Of a stretch of 64,000 bases of DNA, positions 37,734-48,780 are shown in pieces. Position 1 is the stretch's first letter. Each line of letters starts with the position of its first letter. The position numbers and the translations under genes are program-made. The notes under the pieces are model-generated. The model saw only the letters and a list, made by a program, of their open reading frames with translations. It was not told the DNA's origin and searched no databases. Origin of the DNA: a candidate division Kazan bacterium (GTDB taxonomy: Bacteria > Patescibacteriota > Kazan-3B-28); NCBI GenBank assembly GCA_003647645.1, contig QMNG01000001.1, forward strand, positions 73,884 through 137,883, written 5' to 3'.

Positions 37734-38309
37734 TTAAGATATTGCCCTCATAATTCTCTTGTGCACAGCGGCAACGCTGCCAACACCATCAATAACAATT
37801 AACTGTTGGTTATTTTTATAGTGTCGAATAATGTTTTTGGACTGTCTATTAAAAACATCAATACGATTTTGAATGGCTGCAGGATCGGTATCGTCATGTC
37901 GGCCTTCAATCTCTGCCCGTTTTTTGAGACGAGCTTTGGCCACCGACATCGGCAATTTAAGATAGATGAACAGAACTTCTCTGTTATGTTTTTTGAGTAG
38001 AGTATCCAGCAGTTTGACCTGTGCCATAGTTCTGGGATAACCGTCAAAAACAATACGCTGGGTGGCAGGAACTTTCTTAAAAAAGTTTCTAACAATTTTA
38101 TGGCTGACCTTTAAAGGAGCGATTTTACCGGCATCAATGTATTTGGCAACCTCGCGACCGATAGAAGTTTTCATCTTGGCAGTTTTGCGCAACTCGGCAC
38201 CCATGTTTAGAGTTACAGCTTTAAGCTGCTTTAGCAAAAGCCCCGCCTGGGTGCCTTTGCCAGAGCCGGGACCGCCGTACAAAATGATATCAAATTTAAA
38301 CTTGGTCAT
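37734..38309 (-). CDS. adk: Adenylate kinase (short, LID-less type)
   Basis: GGPGSGKGTQA, FDGYPR, GRHDD. Confidence 0.9.
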   Translation of the reverse strand: MTKFKFDIILYGGPGSGKGTQAGLLLKQLKAVTLNMGAELRKTAKMKTSIGREVAKYIDAGKIAPLKVSHKIVRNFFKKVPATQRIVFDGYPRTMAQVKLLDTLLKKHNREVLFIYLKLPMSVAKARLKKRAEIEGRHDDTDPAAIQNRIDVFNRQSKNIIRHYKNNQQLIVIDGVGSVAAVHKRIMRAIS

Positions 38310-39570
38310 ATTGCTTCATAATAAGCTGAGCGCGAATTTGACGCATAGTTTCCAGTGCCACAGCTACAACAATAAGCAGTCCAGTACCCCCCAGCGTTAA
38401 TGTGGTGATGCCTGTGAATGCCTGGACCACAATCGGCAAAACAGCAATGAATCCCAAGAAAATGGCTCCTGCCAAGGTAATCCGGTTACTGACAAAACCC
38501 AAAAAATCCACCGTCTGGCGACCGGGCCGAATACCGGGAATAAACCCGCCCGACTTCTGGATATTTTCGGCTACCTGATCTGGTTTGAAGATGACCCAAG
38601 TATAAAAATAGGTAAAGAAGACCACTAACAGGAAATAAAAAATTCCATAAAAGACTTGGTTTTGGAACAGATTTTGAACAAATTCAGCGCCTTGGGCTAT
38701 CCAAGGGGTCCGGGCTCCGGCAAAAAACGAAGCAATTAATCCCGGGAACAGCAACAGAGATAACGCAAAGATGATCGGAATAACCCCGGCCTGATTCACC
38801 CGCAATGGCAAATGGCTGCTCTGGCCACCAAACAGACGGTTCCCCCCTCCCCGACCGGCATATGATATCGGAATATTCCTCTGGCCTTCCGTTATGTAAA
38901 CCACAAAATATATCGTGACAATAGCCAAAACCGCAAAAATAATTAAGTTAAGAAGCTTGCTAAAATCGAACAAGGCAATAGTTCCAGACAATCCTCCCGG
39001 CAGAGCAGAAAGTATGCCAACGAAAATAATCAATGAAATGCCATTGCCGATGCCATATTCAGTAATTAACTCCCCCAACCACATTACTAGCATGGTTCCA
39101 ATTGTAATGGTGGCCAGCAACACCAGCAGCCGCATAATACTGACATCCCCTAAAATATTTACATCCGAGCGCTGTAGCAATGTAATCATACCCCACCCCT
39201 GCAACATTGCCAGAGGCACTGTTAAATATCTGGTGTATTGGGCAATTTTGCGCCGACCATAATCCCCTTCCTTGGAAAGCGCTTCAACACTCGGCAGGGC
39301 CATTGTCATTAGCTGCATGATAATTGAAGCATTGATGAACGGAGCCACACCCATCATAGCGATGGAAAACCTAGTCAGAGACCCCCCTGAAAACAGATCG
39401 ATCAGTCCTAGAAACTGATTGCTTTGAAATACTTGGGCCAAAGCGTCCAGATCAACTCCGGGCATAGGTGTGTGAAAAATCAGGCGGACAATGACTAATA
39501 GCGCCAAAGTATAGAAGATCCTCATTCGAAGATCTTTGTGTTTAAAAATTTGCCTTATAGCATCAAACAT
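38296..39570 (-). CDS. secY: Preprotein translocase SecY
   Basis: GIGNGISLII, AGVIPIIFA, IPGIRPG, GGTGLLIVV. Confidence 0.97.
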   Translation of the reverse strand: MFDAIRQIFKHKDLRMRIFYTLALLVIVRLIFHTPMPGVDLDALAQVFQSNQFLGLIDLFSGGSLTRFSIAMMGVAPFINASIIMQLMTMALPSVEALSKEGDYGRRKIAQYTRYLTVPLAMLQGWGMITLLQRSDVNILGDVSIMRLLVLLATITIGTMLVMWLGELITEYGIGNGISLIIFVGILSALPGGLSGTIALFDFSKLLNLIIFAVLAIVTIYFVVYITEGQRNIPISYAGRGGGNRLFGGQSSHLPLRVNQAGVIPIIFALSLLLFPGLIASFFAGARTPWIAQGAEFVQNLFQNQVFYGIFYFLLVVFFTYFYTWVIFKPDQVAENIQKSGGFIPGIRPGRQTVDFLGFVSNRITLAGAIFLGFIAVLPIVVQAFTGITTLTLGGTGLLIVVAVALETMRQIRAQLIMKQYDQV

Positions 39571-39583
39571 ATCTTTAGTGTAT

Positions 39584-40027
39584 TTAAATTATCTGAACCT
39601 TACCACCGGCAGCCTTAATGGCTTCAAGGGCTTTGGCAGATATAAAATGAGTTTGAACAGTGTAGGCCTGTTTTACCTCACCTTCACCTAGAATTTTTAT
39701 TTTGCTGTCGGAACGAATTTTCCCGGTTTTGATCAGATCTTTAATCATCAACTTTCCATCCGCGCTGTAGCGAGGTAAATCTTTGAGGTTAATCCTGACA
39801 ATTGAAACCCTACGGTGCGGTTTAAAACCCTTTTTCTTACCGATCCGCCTGAAGAGAGGCATTTGACCTCCTTCAAAGTGAGCTGGTATGTTGCCGCCAG
39901 AACGGGACTTTTGACCATCGGTCCCTCTTCCGGTAGTGTTGCCTGATCCCGAACCAGAACCCCGACCCACGCGTTTACGCGGCTTGTTTTTGATCATACC
40001 TGTAACAGTACCTAGATGGTCAGTCAT
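39584..40027 (-). CDS. rplO: 50S ribosomal protein L15
   Basis: RVGRGSGSG, GQKSRSG, FEGGQMP. Confidence 0.96.
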   Translation of the reverse strand: MTDHLGTVTGMIKNKPRKRVGRGSGSGSGNTTGRGTDGQKSRSGGNIPAHFEGGQMPLFRRIGKKKGFKPHRRVSIVRINLKDLPRYSADGKLMIKDLIKTGKIRSDSKIKILGEGEVKQAYTVQTHFISAKALEAIKAAGGKVQII

Positions 40028-40584
40028 GATTTTTTCTCCTGAGACTTAGTTGATTTACTAATTCCTCGTCTTTTCATTACTACTTCGGGATCCATAATCT
40101 TACTTAGTGCGTTGATAGTAGCAATAACGTTATTGATTTTATTCTTGGAACCGAGCATCTTGGCAGCAGCGTCTTTTACGCCAGTTAGCTGTAAAACAAC
40201 CCTAACCGGCCCGCCAGCAATTAAACCCGTACCGGCTTTGGCAGGTTTAATCAACACCCTGGCACTTTTATAAACTTCTTCTACGTGGTATGGCAGAGTG
40301 CCTGATTTGAGATAAATGGTTTTAATATCTTTCTTGGCATCCGTAACTCCCTTGCGGACGGCCGTTGAAACATCAGTGGCTTTTCCCAAACCGTAAGCAA
40401 CTCGATTTTTATTATCCCCGATTACTACCAGAGCCCTGAAGCGCAACCGTTTTCCGCCTTTAACCACCCGAGTAACTCGGTTAATTTCCAACACCCGCTC
40501 GCTAAACTCCTTTTTGACTTCCTCTTTTTTCTCGCGACGGTGCTGACCCGGCCTGAACTTTGATTTTTCTCCGATTCTTTGCAT
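40024..40584 (-). CDS. rpsE: 30S ribosomal protein S5
   Basis: RVTRVVKGGKR, GTGLIAGG. Confidence 0.96.
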   Translation of the reverse strand: MQRIGEKSKFRPGQHRREKKEEVKKEFSERVLEINRVTRVVKGGKRLRFRALVVIGDNKNRVAYGLGKATDVSTAVRKGVTDAKKDIKTIYLKSGTLPYHVEEVYKSARVLIKPAKAGTGLIAGGPVRVVLQLTGVKDAAAKMLGSKNKINNVIATINALSKIMDPEVVMKRRGISKSTKSQEKKS

Positions 40585-40626
40585 TCTGGTTAAAAATTAT
40601 TATTATACTTGCAGAGTAAATACTGA

Positions 40627-40974
40627 TTAAAACCTAAGACCTTCGGCTCTAGCCCCTTCAGCAATAGCTTTAACTCGGCCATGATACTTGTAGTGTTTTC
40701 TGTCAAAAACTACCTCTGATATTTTTTTCTCCAGAGCCAACTTAGCAACAGCTCTGCCAACTTGCTGACTCACCTCAATTGGATCGCTGCCTTTCAATTT
40801 GGAACTATCGGCCACAGCCAGAATCTTACCATCTCCGCCCACCAACTGGGCATAGATATGCCTGTTGCTACGATGAACTATTAGCCGAGGGCGGGTGCGA
40901 GATAATAAGCTACGAGCCTTGGTTTTAGCGGCTCTGGCCCGTCTGCGACTGATTGTGTGTTTAATTTCGTTCAT
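40627..40974 (-). CDS. rplR: 50S ribosomal protein L18
   Basis: RPRL.V.RSNRHIYAQ, VVFDR, YHGRVKA. Confidence 0.95.
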   Translation of the reverse strand: MNEIKHTISRRRARAAKTKARSLLSRTRPRLIVHRSNRHIYAQLVGGDGKILAVADSSKLKGSDPIEVSQQVGRAVAKLALEKKISEVVFDRKHYKYHGRVKAIAEGARAEGLRF

Positions 40975-41131
40975 ATTAAGTTTGAATTATAGTGGTTTTA
41001 CTCCGTGAGTTTATTGAAGAGATGCATTGGTATAGTCCTTCAGCCATATTCAGGAGATACATTTAATTTTTATTTTTCTCTATTTCCACTCTTCGTTCTC
41101 CGTTTTTCCTTGATTCTTGCAATTCTGGCCT

Positions 41132-41674
41132 CTACGCCGCAGTTTTAGCCGCCTTACCGGCCTTGCGGCGCACAATCTCATCAACATATCTGATGCCTTT
41201 GCCTTTATATGGTTCCGGTTTTTTAACAGACCGGATCTGAGCTGCCATATGGCCGACCTTCTGTTTATCAATACCCGAAACGATAATCTGGTTCTTGTTT
41301 TGTTTAATCTCGACACCCTTAGTAATCGCCAATTCTACAGGATGTGAAAAACCAACGTTCAATACTATCTTGTCGCCCTTAATTTCTGCCTTGAAACCGA
41401 CGCCGCTAATTTCCAAAGTTTTAGAGAACCCCAAAGATACCCCTTGAACACTGTTGTTAATGAGGGATCTGATTAAGCCATGAAGCGATTTTGCTTCTTT
41501 GGTATCGTTCATACGAGTGACCGTCAGGACATTTTCCGCTTGTGTCACTTTGATTTGCTTGGGAATAGACACAGTCAGTTCGCCTAACTTACCCTTAACT
41601 GTTGCGGCCCCCCCCGTAAGGCTGACAGTCACACCTTCGGGAATACTAATTGGCATCTTTCCTATTTTAGACAT
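41132..41674 (-). CDS. rplF: 50S ribosomal protein L6
   Basis: MSKIGK, GFSHPV, PEPYKGKGIRY. Confidence 0.97.
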   Translation of the reverse strand: MSKIGKMPISIPEGVTVSLTGGAATVKGKLGELTVSIPKQIKVTQAENVLTVTRMNDTKEAKSLHGLIRSLINNSVQGVSLGFSKTLEISGVGFKAEIKGDKIVLNVGFSHPVELAITKGVEIKQNKNQIIVSGIDKQKVGHMAAQIRSVKKPEPYKGKGIRYVDEIVRRKAGKAAKTAA

Positions 41675-41770
41675 AGCTTACGAGCAGTAGAGTAAATATA
41701 CAACACACAAATCCCGGCTAGGCCAGAATTGTTACGGTTTGATATTAAATGTTTGATATTTTCCATCGGC

Positions 41771-42175
41771 TTACCATATTTTAAACAAGATCTCTCCTCC
41801 CAGATTCTCCCGTCTGGCTTCAGCATCGGTTAGCAATCCCTTGGAAGTTGACACTACAGCTACGCCAACCCCGCCCAGCACCTTTCTCAGCCGATGGACG
41901 GGAGTATATATGCGCTGACCCGGCTTGCTGATTCGAGACAAGCCCCGAATAACCGGATCGCCGTTGGCATCATATTTAAGCATAACTTTAATCTGTTTGA
42001 ATTTTTTGGTTTTGTCTGGCACTACGCTGAATTCACCAATGTATCCTTGATTTTTCAAGACATTCACAATCGCAAGATTGAGTTTGGAGTGAAAAATTAA
42101 GGCAAACCGCTTACGCACAGCGATAGCATTGCGAATTCTGGTTAATAGATCTGCAATAGAATCTGTAGTTATCAT
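41771..42175 (-). CDS. rpsH: 30S ribosomal protein S8
   Basis: DLLTRIRNA, ISKPGQRIY, STSKG, GGE. Confidence 0.96.
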   Translation of the reverse strand: MITTDSIADLLTRIRNAIAVRKRFALIFHSKLNLAIVNVLKNQGYIGEFSVVPDKTKKFKQIKVMLKYDANGDPVIRGLSRISKPGQRIYTPVHRLRKVLGGVGVAVVSTSKGLLTDAEARRENLGGEILFKIW

Positions 42176-42185
42176 AATAATTTCA

Positions 42186-42371
42186 TTACCAACTAGATTT
42201 TTTAATGCCTGGCAACTGTCCCTGTCTGGCCATCTCTCGAAAACAAATGCGGCAGACGTGGAATTTTCTCATATATCCCTTAGAGCGTCCACAAATCTGA
42301 CACCGCCGAATAATTCTTGTAGAATACTTTGGCTTGAGTTTAGCTTTGGCAATTAATGCTTTTCTGGCCAT
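42186..42371 (-). CDS. rpsN: 30S ribosomal protein S14 (zinc type)
   Basis: RCQICGR...CRICFRE...PGIKKSSW. Confidence 0.96.
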   Translation of the reverse strand: MARKALIAKAKLKPKYSTRIIRRCQICGRSKGYMRKFHVCRICFREMARQGQLPGIKKSSW

Positions 42372-42385
42372 AATAATGCTCTAAA

Positions 42386-42946
42386 TTAAACAATAGGCTT
42401 ACTTTTATTATCTTTATCCTTTTTGAAAGGAAATCCTAATTTACTCAACAATGTAAAGCCGGTCTCATCATCCTTGGCACTGGTAACAATGGTAATTTCC
42501 AAGCCAAAAACTTTATCAACATTTTCAAAAACTACTTCAGGAAAAACGATATGTTCCCTTAACCCAAGAGTATAATTCCCTGATCCATCAAAGCCCTTTC
42601 GGCTCAGACCCCTAAAGTCCCGAACTCGCGGTAAGGCTACCAAAATTAATTTTTCCAAAAAATCGTACATTCTTTGTCCCCGCAAGGTCAATTTGACACC
42701 GATTTTGTTGCCCTCTCTGAGTTTAAAACCGGCAACGGATTTGCGGGCCTTGGTAATCACCGGAGCTTGCCCGGTAATATTGGCAAGTTCACCGGCAACA
42801 AACTCCAGTAAATTAGGATCAGATAAGGCATTGCCGGCGCCGACATTAATGACTACCTTAGTAATCTTGGGCACAGCCATAACGGATCCAAGATTAAGCT
42901 CGGTCCTGAGTAAGGGAACTAATTCTTGATATTTACTTTTTAGCAT
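42386..42946 (-). CDS. rplE: 50S ribosomal protein L5
   Basis: ITGQ, GFKLREG, LPRVRDFRG, FDGSGNY. Confidence 0.97.
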   Translation of the reverse strand: MLKSKYQELVPLLRTELNLGSVMAVPKITKVVINVGAGNALSDPNLLEFVAGELANITGQAPVITKARKSVAGFKLREGNKIGVKLTLRGQRMYDFLEKLILVALPRVRDFRGLSRKGFDGSGNYTLGLREHIVFPEVVFENVDKVFGLEITIVTSAKDDETGFTLLSKLGFPFKKDKDNKSKPIV

Positions 42947-43256
42947 GGGTAATTATTGCTTTACATTTTACACATTGTCTCTGTTTCTTTTCGCCAACCA
43001 CTTTATTTCTAACCCGAGATGGCTGATTGCAATTGGGACAGATTAACATAACCTTCTCAACGGGCATAGGAGCAACAATTTCAACAATTCCTCCGGGAGT
43101 ACGATCGGTTCGCCCACGGCGCTGGTGACGCTTGTAGATATTAATGCCTTCAACCTTCACTTTCAGGCACTTGGGATCAGCAACAACAACCTTACCGCTT
43201 TTTCCGCGGTCTTTGCCCTTGATAACTAACACTTTATCGCCTGTTTTAATACGCAT
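42933..43256 (-). CDS. rplX: 50S ribosomal protein L24
   Basis: GDKVLVIKGKDRGK KOW motif, VEGIN. Confidence 0.95.
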   Translation of the reverse strand: MRIKTGDKVLVIKGKDRGKSGKVVVADPKCLKVKVEGINIYKRHQRRGRTDRTPGGIVEIVAPMPVEKVMLICPNCNQPSRVRNKVVGEKKQRQCVKCKAIITHAKK

Positions 43257-43287
43257 TCTTAATTCTTAATTCTTCATTCTTCATTTT

Positions 43288-43656
43288 TTACAACACCTCG
43301 GGAGCCAATGAAACTATCTTCATATATCCACGATCACGCATTTCACGGGCAATGGGACCAAAAACACGAGTTCCCCGCGGCTGTTTATTATTATCAATAA
43401 TTACCACTGCATTCTCATCAAATCTAATGTAGCTGCCGTCTGGCCGCCTAGTATTAGATTTTGTCCGAACAATCACCGCCTTAACTATCTCTTTCTTCTT
43501 GACCACAGAAAATGGCGCGGCCTCCTTGACGGAACAAACCACAGTGTCGCCAATTCTGGCGTACCTGCGACGAGAACCGCCCAGCACCTTAAAACAGGCA
43601 ACCATTTTGGCTCCAGTATTATCTGCCACTTTTAATTTTGTTCCAGCTTGAATCAT
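43288..43656 (-). CDS. rplN: 50S ribosomal protein L14
   Basis: VADNTGA, GTRVFGP, SLAPEVL. Confidence 0.97.
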   Translation of the reverse strand: MIQAGTKLKVADNTGAKMVACFKVLGGSRRRYARIGDTVVCSVKEAAPFSVVKKKEIVKAVIVRTKSNTRRPDGSYIRFDENAVVIIDNNKQPRGTRVFGPIAREMRDRGYMKIVSLAPEVL

Positions 43657-43934
43657 AATTTTTTACCAATAATTTGAATAATCTTCCAATGTTTGGTTTT
43701 GCTGACCGGGCGTGTTTCACCAATCACAACCCTGTCACCAACTTTAACGGTGTCTTGTTCATCGTGAACAGCAAATCGCCTGGTAGTCCGAATTTTTTTC
43801 TTGTAAAGCGGATGAGTGATGTAACTGTCAACTCGTACAATCACAGTTTTACTGCCAGCCCGGCTGATAGCGGTGCCTGTTTTGCTTGTACCCTTGAAGA
43901 TTTGGGCAGGCAATTGTTTGGCTTGGTTATTCAT
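43653..43934 (-). CDS. rpsQ: 30S ribosomal protein S17
   Basis: [18 protein letters not shown]. Confidence 0.95.
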   Translation of the reverse strand: MNNQAKQLPAQIFKGTSKTGTAISRAGSKTVIVRVDSYITHPLYKKKIRTTRRFAVHDEQDTVKVGDRVVIGETRPVSKTKHWKIIQIIGKKL

Positions 43935-44151
43935 GGCTCATTGTTGCTAATATATTTTTCTCTTGTTTCACCGTTTCTATTCTGGCTATTTCTTTCCTAA
44001 TAGCCCGAATTTTGGTATGGCTGGTAAGCTTGCCAACAGCCAGCTGACCACTAAGTTCTTGAACTTGGTGCCTCAGCTTATTAAGCTCATCATCTAGGGA
44101 TGTTAGGCTCTGTTTGCGATAATCCTGCATTTTATTCTTAATCTTAGCCAT
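43927..44151 (-). CDS. rpmC: 50S ribosomal protein L29
   Basis: IRAIRKEIARIET; position between rplP and rpsQ. Confidence 0.9.
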   Translation of the reverse strand: MAKIKNKMQDYRKQSLTSLDDELNKLRHQVQELSGQLAVGKLTSHTKIRAIRKEIARIETVKQEKNILATMSHE

Positions 44152-44154
44152 TTG

Positions 44155-44565
44155 TTATTTACCTTTAACCATAAATCTGGTTTTGATGGGCAATTTGTGA
44201 CCGGCCAGCCGCATTGCTTCTTTAGCGGTTGCCTCACTAACACCATCCATTTCAAACAAAATTGTGCCGGGCTTGACGGTCGCAACATAATGGCTAACTG
44301 CTCCCTTGCCACCGCCCATTCGAGTTTCATTGGGAGTAGCGGTAACTGCCTGATGGGGAAATATCCGGATCCAAATTTTGCCTTCCCGCTTAGTGAAGTG
44401 AGTCATTGCCCGTCGGGCTGCCTCAATTTGACGAGAAGTGATCCAACTGCTGGCCAAAGCCTTCAACCCAAATTTGCCGAAGTTAATCGTATTAACCCGA
44501 GTAGCAACACCCTTCATCGAACCTCTCTGCTGTTTCCTATATTTGACTTTTCTGGGTAATAACAT
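44155..44565 (-). CDS. rplP: 50S ribosomal protein L16
   Basis: QIEAARR, WIRIFP, RMGGGKG, KLPIK. Confidence 0.97.
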   Translation of the reverse strand: MLLPRKVKYRKQQRGSMKGVATRVNTINFGKFGLKALASSWITSRQIEAARRAMTHFTKREGKIWIRIFPHQAVTATPNETRMGGGKGAVSHYVATVKPGTILFEMDGVSEATAKEAMRLAGHKLPIKTRFMVKGK

Positions 44566-44567
44566 AA

Positions 44568-45218
44568 TTATTTATTCTCTTTAGATTCTTGCTTTGGGGC
44601 AGTTACTATCCAAACTTTGATCCCGATCGTACCGTAGGTAGTGTAGGCAGTTCTGAAGGCATAATCGATCGGCTGCTTGATAGTGTGAAGAGGCACCGTT
44701 CCAAACGAGAAAGTCTCGCGCCTGGCAATTTCAGCACCATTCAACCGGCCAGCTATAGAAATTCTCATACCCGCTACCTTAGCTTGCTTGGAGGCCTCCA
44801 GCGCCTGTTTGGCTACACGTCTGAACGGAATTCGACGCTCGATCTGTTCCGCCACATTACTGGCTACAACAGCGGCGGACTCTTCAGGAACTCTGATTTC
44901 CTGAATGTTAACTGTGACCGTATTCTTGGCAAATTTAGCAAAATTTTCAATATCCTTTTTAAAACTATCTATACCAGCCCCGCCGCGTCCGATGATAACT
45001 CCCGGACGGGACGTGTGAATGGTCACGGTCAGGTTGTTGCCAAATCTTTCAATGTCAATGTGAGCAATGGCCGCTTTTTTGAATTTCTTCATCGCCAAAG
45101 ACCTAATTTTGTTGTCTTCCACCACAAATTTGCCGTAGTTTTTCAAATCAAACCACCGCGACCGCCAGTTGGAGCAAACACCTAGTCTAAATAAATGTGG
45201 ATGTATTTTTTGTCCCAT
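44568..45218 (-). CDS. rpsC: 30S ribosomal protein S3
   Basis: [33 protein letters not shown]. Confidence 0.97.
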   Translation of the reverse strand: MGQKIHPHLFRLGVCSNWRSRWFDLKNYGKFVVEDNKIRSLAMKKFKKAAIAHIDIERFGNNLTVTIHTSRPGVIIGRGGAGIDSFKKDIENFAKFAKNTVTVNIQEIRVPEESAAVVASNVAEQIERRIPFRRVAKQALEASKQAKVAGMRISIAGRLNGAEIARRETFSFGTVPLHTIKQPIDYAFRTAYTTYGTIGIKVWIVTAPKQESKENK

Positions 45219-45223
45219 GATAA

Positions 45224-45787
45224 TTACTTATTAGTTGTCCTTCTTGAAAATATATTTTTAAAACCCGACATTTTAGATTTGGCCGCCGCCTTCTGCGAAA
45301 GTTCGCCGGAAGTTGCCGGCTGACCACTCTTGCCTATATCACTAGCCGGTTTGTCTTGGACAGCTTCTTTAGATGCGGCCGGCTGACCGGTTGCCGGCAG
45401 CTTGGGTTTGCTTGCCCCCGTCGGGGGAGACACCGTTTTTTTAATAACAGTTGGTTTAATCTCTGCTAAAACAATATTCAAATGACTATTTCGCTTTAAT
45501 AATCTATCAGCACTACCCCGAGACCTAAACCAATATCGCTTGTAGGACGGACCGGAATCAACCGTCAAACTTTTAATTTTGAGATTATTTTCTTTTAAAT
45601 TGTAGTTGTTTTGGGCGTTACTGACCGCAGACTTAATTAACTTGTAAACTATCCGGGAAGCTTTACTTCTGTGGTAGAGCAGCTGATGAAGCGCTGTATT
45701 TACATCCAGGTTCTTCAAAGGCGCAAGCAGAGGCCTGACTTTTTTGGGGCTGATCCGAACAAATTTAGATGATGCTTTAACTTCCAT
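45224..45787 (-). CDS. rplV: 50S ribosomal protein L22 with C-terminal extension
   Basis: RISPKKVR, SAVSNA, VDSGP; about 75-aa P/A/K-rich tail. Confidence 0.93.
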   Translation of the reverse strand: MEVKASSKFVRISPKKVRPLLAPLKNLDVNTALHQLLYHRSKASRIVYKLIKSAVSNAQNNYNLKENNLKIKSLTVDSGPSYKRYWFRSRGSADRLLKRNSHLNIVLAEIKPTVIKKTVSPPTGASKPKLPATGQPAASKEAVQDKPASDIGKSGQPATSGELSQKAAAKSKMSGFKNIFSRRTTNK

Positions 45788-45816
45788 GGAGATTTTTGCT
45801 GTTTACTTAGACACCT

Positions 45817-46113
45817 TTACTTGGGAGCACTGCTTGATAAACCGGCTCTGGCTTGTTCTTTGGCCATTTTACCGCCATGCCCTTTGAATTTGCGGGTCGG
45901 GGCAAACTCTCCCAGTTTGTGTCCGACCATGTTTTCGGTAACAAATACATCAATATGCTGTTTGCCATTATGCACTTGGAAAGTGAAACCGACCATTTCC
46001 GGACTTATACTGGAATTCCTGGCCCAGGTTTTAATAGTTTTACTCTCACCAGCTTGGACTTTTTTCAGAAGTTTTGGGTCGACGTAGGGACCTTTTTTAC
46101 TTGATCTACTCAT
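45817..46113 (-). CDS. rpsS: 30S ribosomal protein S19
   Basis: [23 protein letters not shown]. Confidence 0.97.
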   Translation of the reverse strand: MSRSSKKGPYVDPKLLKKVQAGESKTIKTWARNSSISPEMVGFTFQVHNGKQHIDVFVTENMVGHKLGEFAPTRKFKGHGGKMAKEQARAGLSSSAPK

Positions 46114-46213
46114 CTTGATTAATTAATAATTAAAAATTTTGAATGAAGAATCATGGCGAACTTTCTAATTTTTTGGCATTTGGTATTTTTCATTACTTGT
46201 CTGTCGTTTTATA

Positions 46214-47056
46214 CTACTTCTTCTTGCGGCTGCGGGGTTTAACAATCAGCCTGCCGCTGGACTTTTTATAGTTGCGGGTTTTATAACCGAGAGCTGGCTT
46301 GCCGGTTGGTGTTTTGGGATGCTTCAGCCCAATTGGCGAACCCCCTTCGCCACCTCCATGGGGATGATCAACCGGATTCTTGGCCTTACCCCGAACCCGG
46401 GGCCGATGCCCCATCCACCGATGCCTCCCAGCTTTGCCGATCTTGATATTCATATGTTCGCTATTACTGACAACTCCAATGCTGGCAAAAGCGGTTTCTA
46501 GCACTTTACGAACTTCACCGGAAGGTAGCCTTAGTGCGGCATAACCTCCTTCAATACCCATAAGCGTGGCACTAGTCCCTGCTGATCTCACGATCTGTCC
46601 CCCCTTTCCCGGAGTCAGTTCAACATTGTAAACCATCATGCCAACAGGAATATTTTTTAACATCAGGCGATTGCCCAATTTAATTTTAGTGGTTTCGTTG
46701 TAAACAATTTTATCGCCAATGCTTAGGTTCTGGGGAGCTAATATGTATGAGTGTTCACCGTCTGCGAAGACGATATGAGCGATGTATGCAGTCCGTTTGG
46801 GATCATATTCAACAGCCCTGACCACACCGGGGACTCCCAGTTTTCGCTGTTTAAAATCAACCTTGCGAAATAGTTGTTTGGCACTACCTCCGCGAGCCCT
46901 GATGGTAATTACACCCCGGTTATTACGGCCGCCGCTTTGCTTCCCTCCCCGCACCAAGTTTTTATACGGACGATGGCTGGCAACCACCCGGCGACGGTCG
47001 GCAAATTTCATACCCCGTCGTCCTGGAGTTACTGGTTTAACTAGTCGAATATTCAT
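46214..47056 (-). CDS. rplB: 50S ribosomal protein L2
   Basis: GRNNRG, EYDPKR, NPVDHPHGGGEG. Confidence 0.97.
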   Translation of the reverse strand: MNIRLVKPVTPGRRGMKFADRRRVVASHRPYKNLVRGGKQSGGRNNRGVITIRARGGSAKQLFRKVDFKQRKLGVPGVVRAVEYDPKRTAYIAHIVFADGEHSYILAPQNLSIGDKIVYNETTKIKLGNRLMLKNIPVGMMVYNVELTPGKGGQIVRSAGTSATLMGIEGGYAALRLPSGEVRKVLETAFASIGVVSNSEHMNIKIGKAGRHRWMGHRPRVRGKAKNPVDHPHGGGEGGSPIGLKHPKTPTGKPALGYKTRNYKKSSGRLIVKPRSRKKK

Positions 47057-47430
47057 TTCTTGACCTCCTCTTTTCCGGTAGTAGCTTTAGACACAGCTTT
47101 TCGAGTGGTTTTAGCTTCCTTCTTAGGAGATTCTTTAGCTTCCTTGTCCTGGCTGCTGTCTTCAAACAAAGTAATTTTGTCACCGGCTTTAAGCGTTACT
47201 ACGGCATGATGACGATTGGAACGATAGGACTTAATTCGTTTAAATTGCTTCGGCTTACCCGGCAGCTTGACGGTATTTACCTTGATAACGGTTACATTGA
47301 AAAGTTTCTCAATCGCCTTAGCTATTGCCGGTTTAGTGCTGCCCCCAGCGACCTGAAATGTATATTTATTAACAGCACCTTGAGAAATGCTTTTTTCTGA
47401 GATAATTGGCTTTTTGATGATTATGCTCAT
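47053..47430 (-). CDS. rplW: 50S ribosomal protein L23
   Basis: PIISEKS, AIEKLFNV.V.KVNT; charged tail. Confidence 0.93.
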   Translation of the reverse strand: MSIIIKKPIISEKSISQGAVNKYTFQVAGGSTKPAIAKAIEKLFNVTVIKVNTVKLPGKPKQFKRIKSYRSNRHHAVVTLKAGDKITLFEDSSQDKEAKESPKKEAKTTRKAVSKATTGKEEVKK

Positions 47431-47555
47431 TTCCTTAGAGATAAGAAATTTGGTGTTTCTGTTCCTGAATTAGTTGTACAAATATTGTTTTTCATAAGTA
47501 ATGCTTATTGATTCCTATTTGCAAGAATTCCAACGGGTAATCCTTCAACGGGGAT

Positions 47556-48197
47556 TCATATTCGACCTTTAACTTTATCGTAGGCGTCATTAACAAAAAT
47601 TATATTGTGAGCAGCCATAACGTCTAGAGCGTTGATTCTAGAAGCAAGCACAGAGCAAATATTGGGAAAATTACTAAATCCGGCCCTTAGACTGGCATCG
47701 GGCACCACCAGTAGCACTTTGCGCAAAATCAAAACCTGAGGATACAGCTTGGCAACATCTTTGGCCTTGGTGATCGGAGCTTCCATCCTTAGAATCTTTA
47801 ATTTGTTAGCTTTGGCTTGAATGTACAGGGCCGCGGCCAAGGCTTGCTGCTTGAGTCTGCCGGGAATGGCTTGGGAATGATTACGGCGGCTGCTGGGACC
47901 AAAAATAGTCCCGCCTCCACGCCAAATTGGGTTACGGATCGAGCCGGTTCTGGCCCGACCTGTGCCCTTCTGCCGCCACGGTTTTCGGCCTCCGCCACGA
48001 ACCAAGCCACGAGTTTTGGTGCTGGCCAACCCCCGCCGCTGATTAGCCTGATAAGACAGAATGACCTGACGCAGCATCGAACGATTGATTCTAACATTGG
48101 TAAAATCGGCGGGAGAAATCGCCCGTAACTGGCTACCGGCAACCGGGGTAGTAGTTTTTGCCTGAACTTCAGATTTAGCTTTACTTGGTGTTGACAT
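47556..48197 (-). CDS. rplD: 50S ribosomal protein L4
   Basis: GGGRKPWRQKGTGRAR, WRGGG. Confidence 0.96.
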   Translation of the reverse strand: MSTPSKAKSEVQAKTTTPVAGSQLRAISPADFTNVRINRSMLRQVILSYQANQRRGLASTKTRGLVRGGGRKPWRQKGTGRARTGSIRNPIWRGGGTIFGPSSRRNHSQAIPGRLKQQALAAALYIQAKANKLKILRMEAPITKAKDVAKLYPQVLILRKVLLVVPDASLRAGFSNFPNICSVLASRINALDVMAAHNIIFVNDAYDKVKGRI

Positions 48198-48780
48198 TGC
48201 TTTCCTGTTTCTTAATTATGACAAATTGCTTGTTAGCTCCCGGGATATTGCCAGTAATGGCAATCAGATGATTTTTGGGATCAACGGCCGCAATCTTCAA
48301 ATTTTTGGTAGTTACCCGTACACCGCCCATCCGTCCAGCCATGCGCTTGCCTTTGTGGATTCTCGGCATGCCCATAGCCCCAATACTACCCGGCTGGCGA
48401 TGATGGTCATGTCCATGGGTTTCTGGCCCCCGAGAGAAATGGTGGCGTTTAACCGTTCCGGCAAACCCCTTCCCGACAGTAATACCAGTTACGCTCACTA
48501 CATCGCCGACTGAGAAAATGTCAGCTCTGATGGTATCCCCGACCTTGTAATCCCCTTCTGGAAACCTGAATTCCCGTCTTTTAAATATTACCGCCTTTTG
48601 ACCTTTGCCCTTGGCTGGCTTAGTCAGCCCCAGTTGCAGCGCAAAGTAGCCATCTTTGTCTGGCTTTTTAATCTGAGCAATAACATTGGGCTCGGCCTTC
48701 ATTACAGTGATTGCCGTGGCTCTGCCGTCCTTGGCGATCATTTGGCTCATCTTAATTTTTTGGGCTATTAATCCTTGCAT
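48181..48780 (-). CDS. rplC: 50S ribosomal protein L3
   Basis: GKGFAG.VKR, PGSIG, KRMAGRMG. Confidence 0.96.
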   Translation of the reverse strand: MQGLIAQKIKMSQMIAKDGRATAITVMKAEPNVIAQIKKPDKDGYFALQLGLTKPAKGKGQKAVIFKRREFRFPEGDYKVGDTIRADIFSVGDVVSVTGITVGKGFAGTVKRHHFSRGPETHGHDHHRQPGSIGAMGMPRIHKGKRMAGRMGGVRVTTKNLKIAAVDPKNHLIAITGNIPGANKQFVIIKKQESNVNTK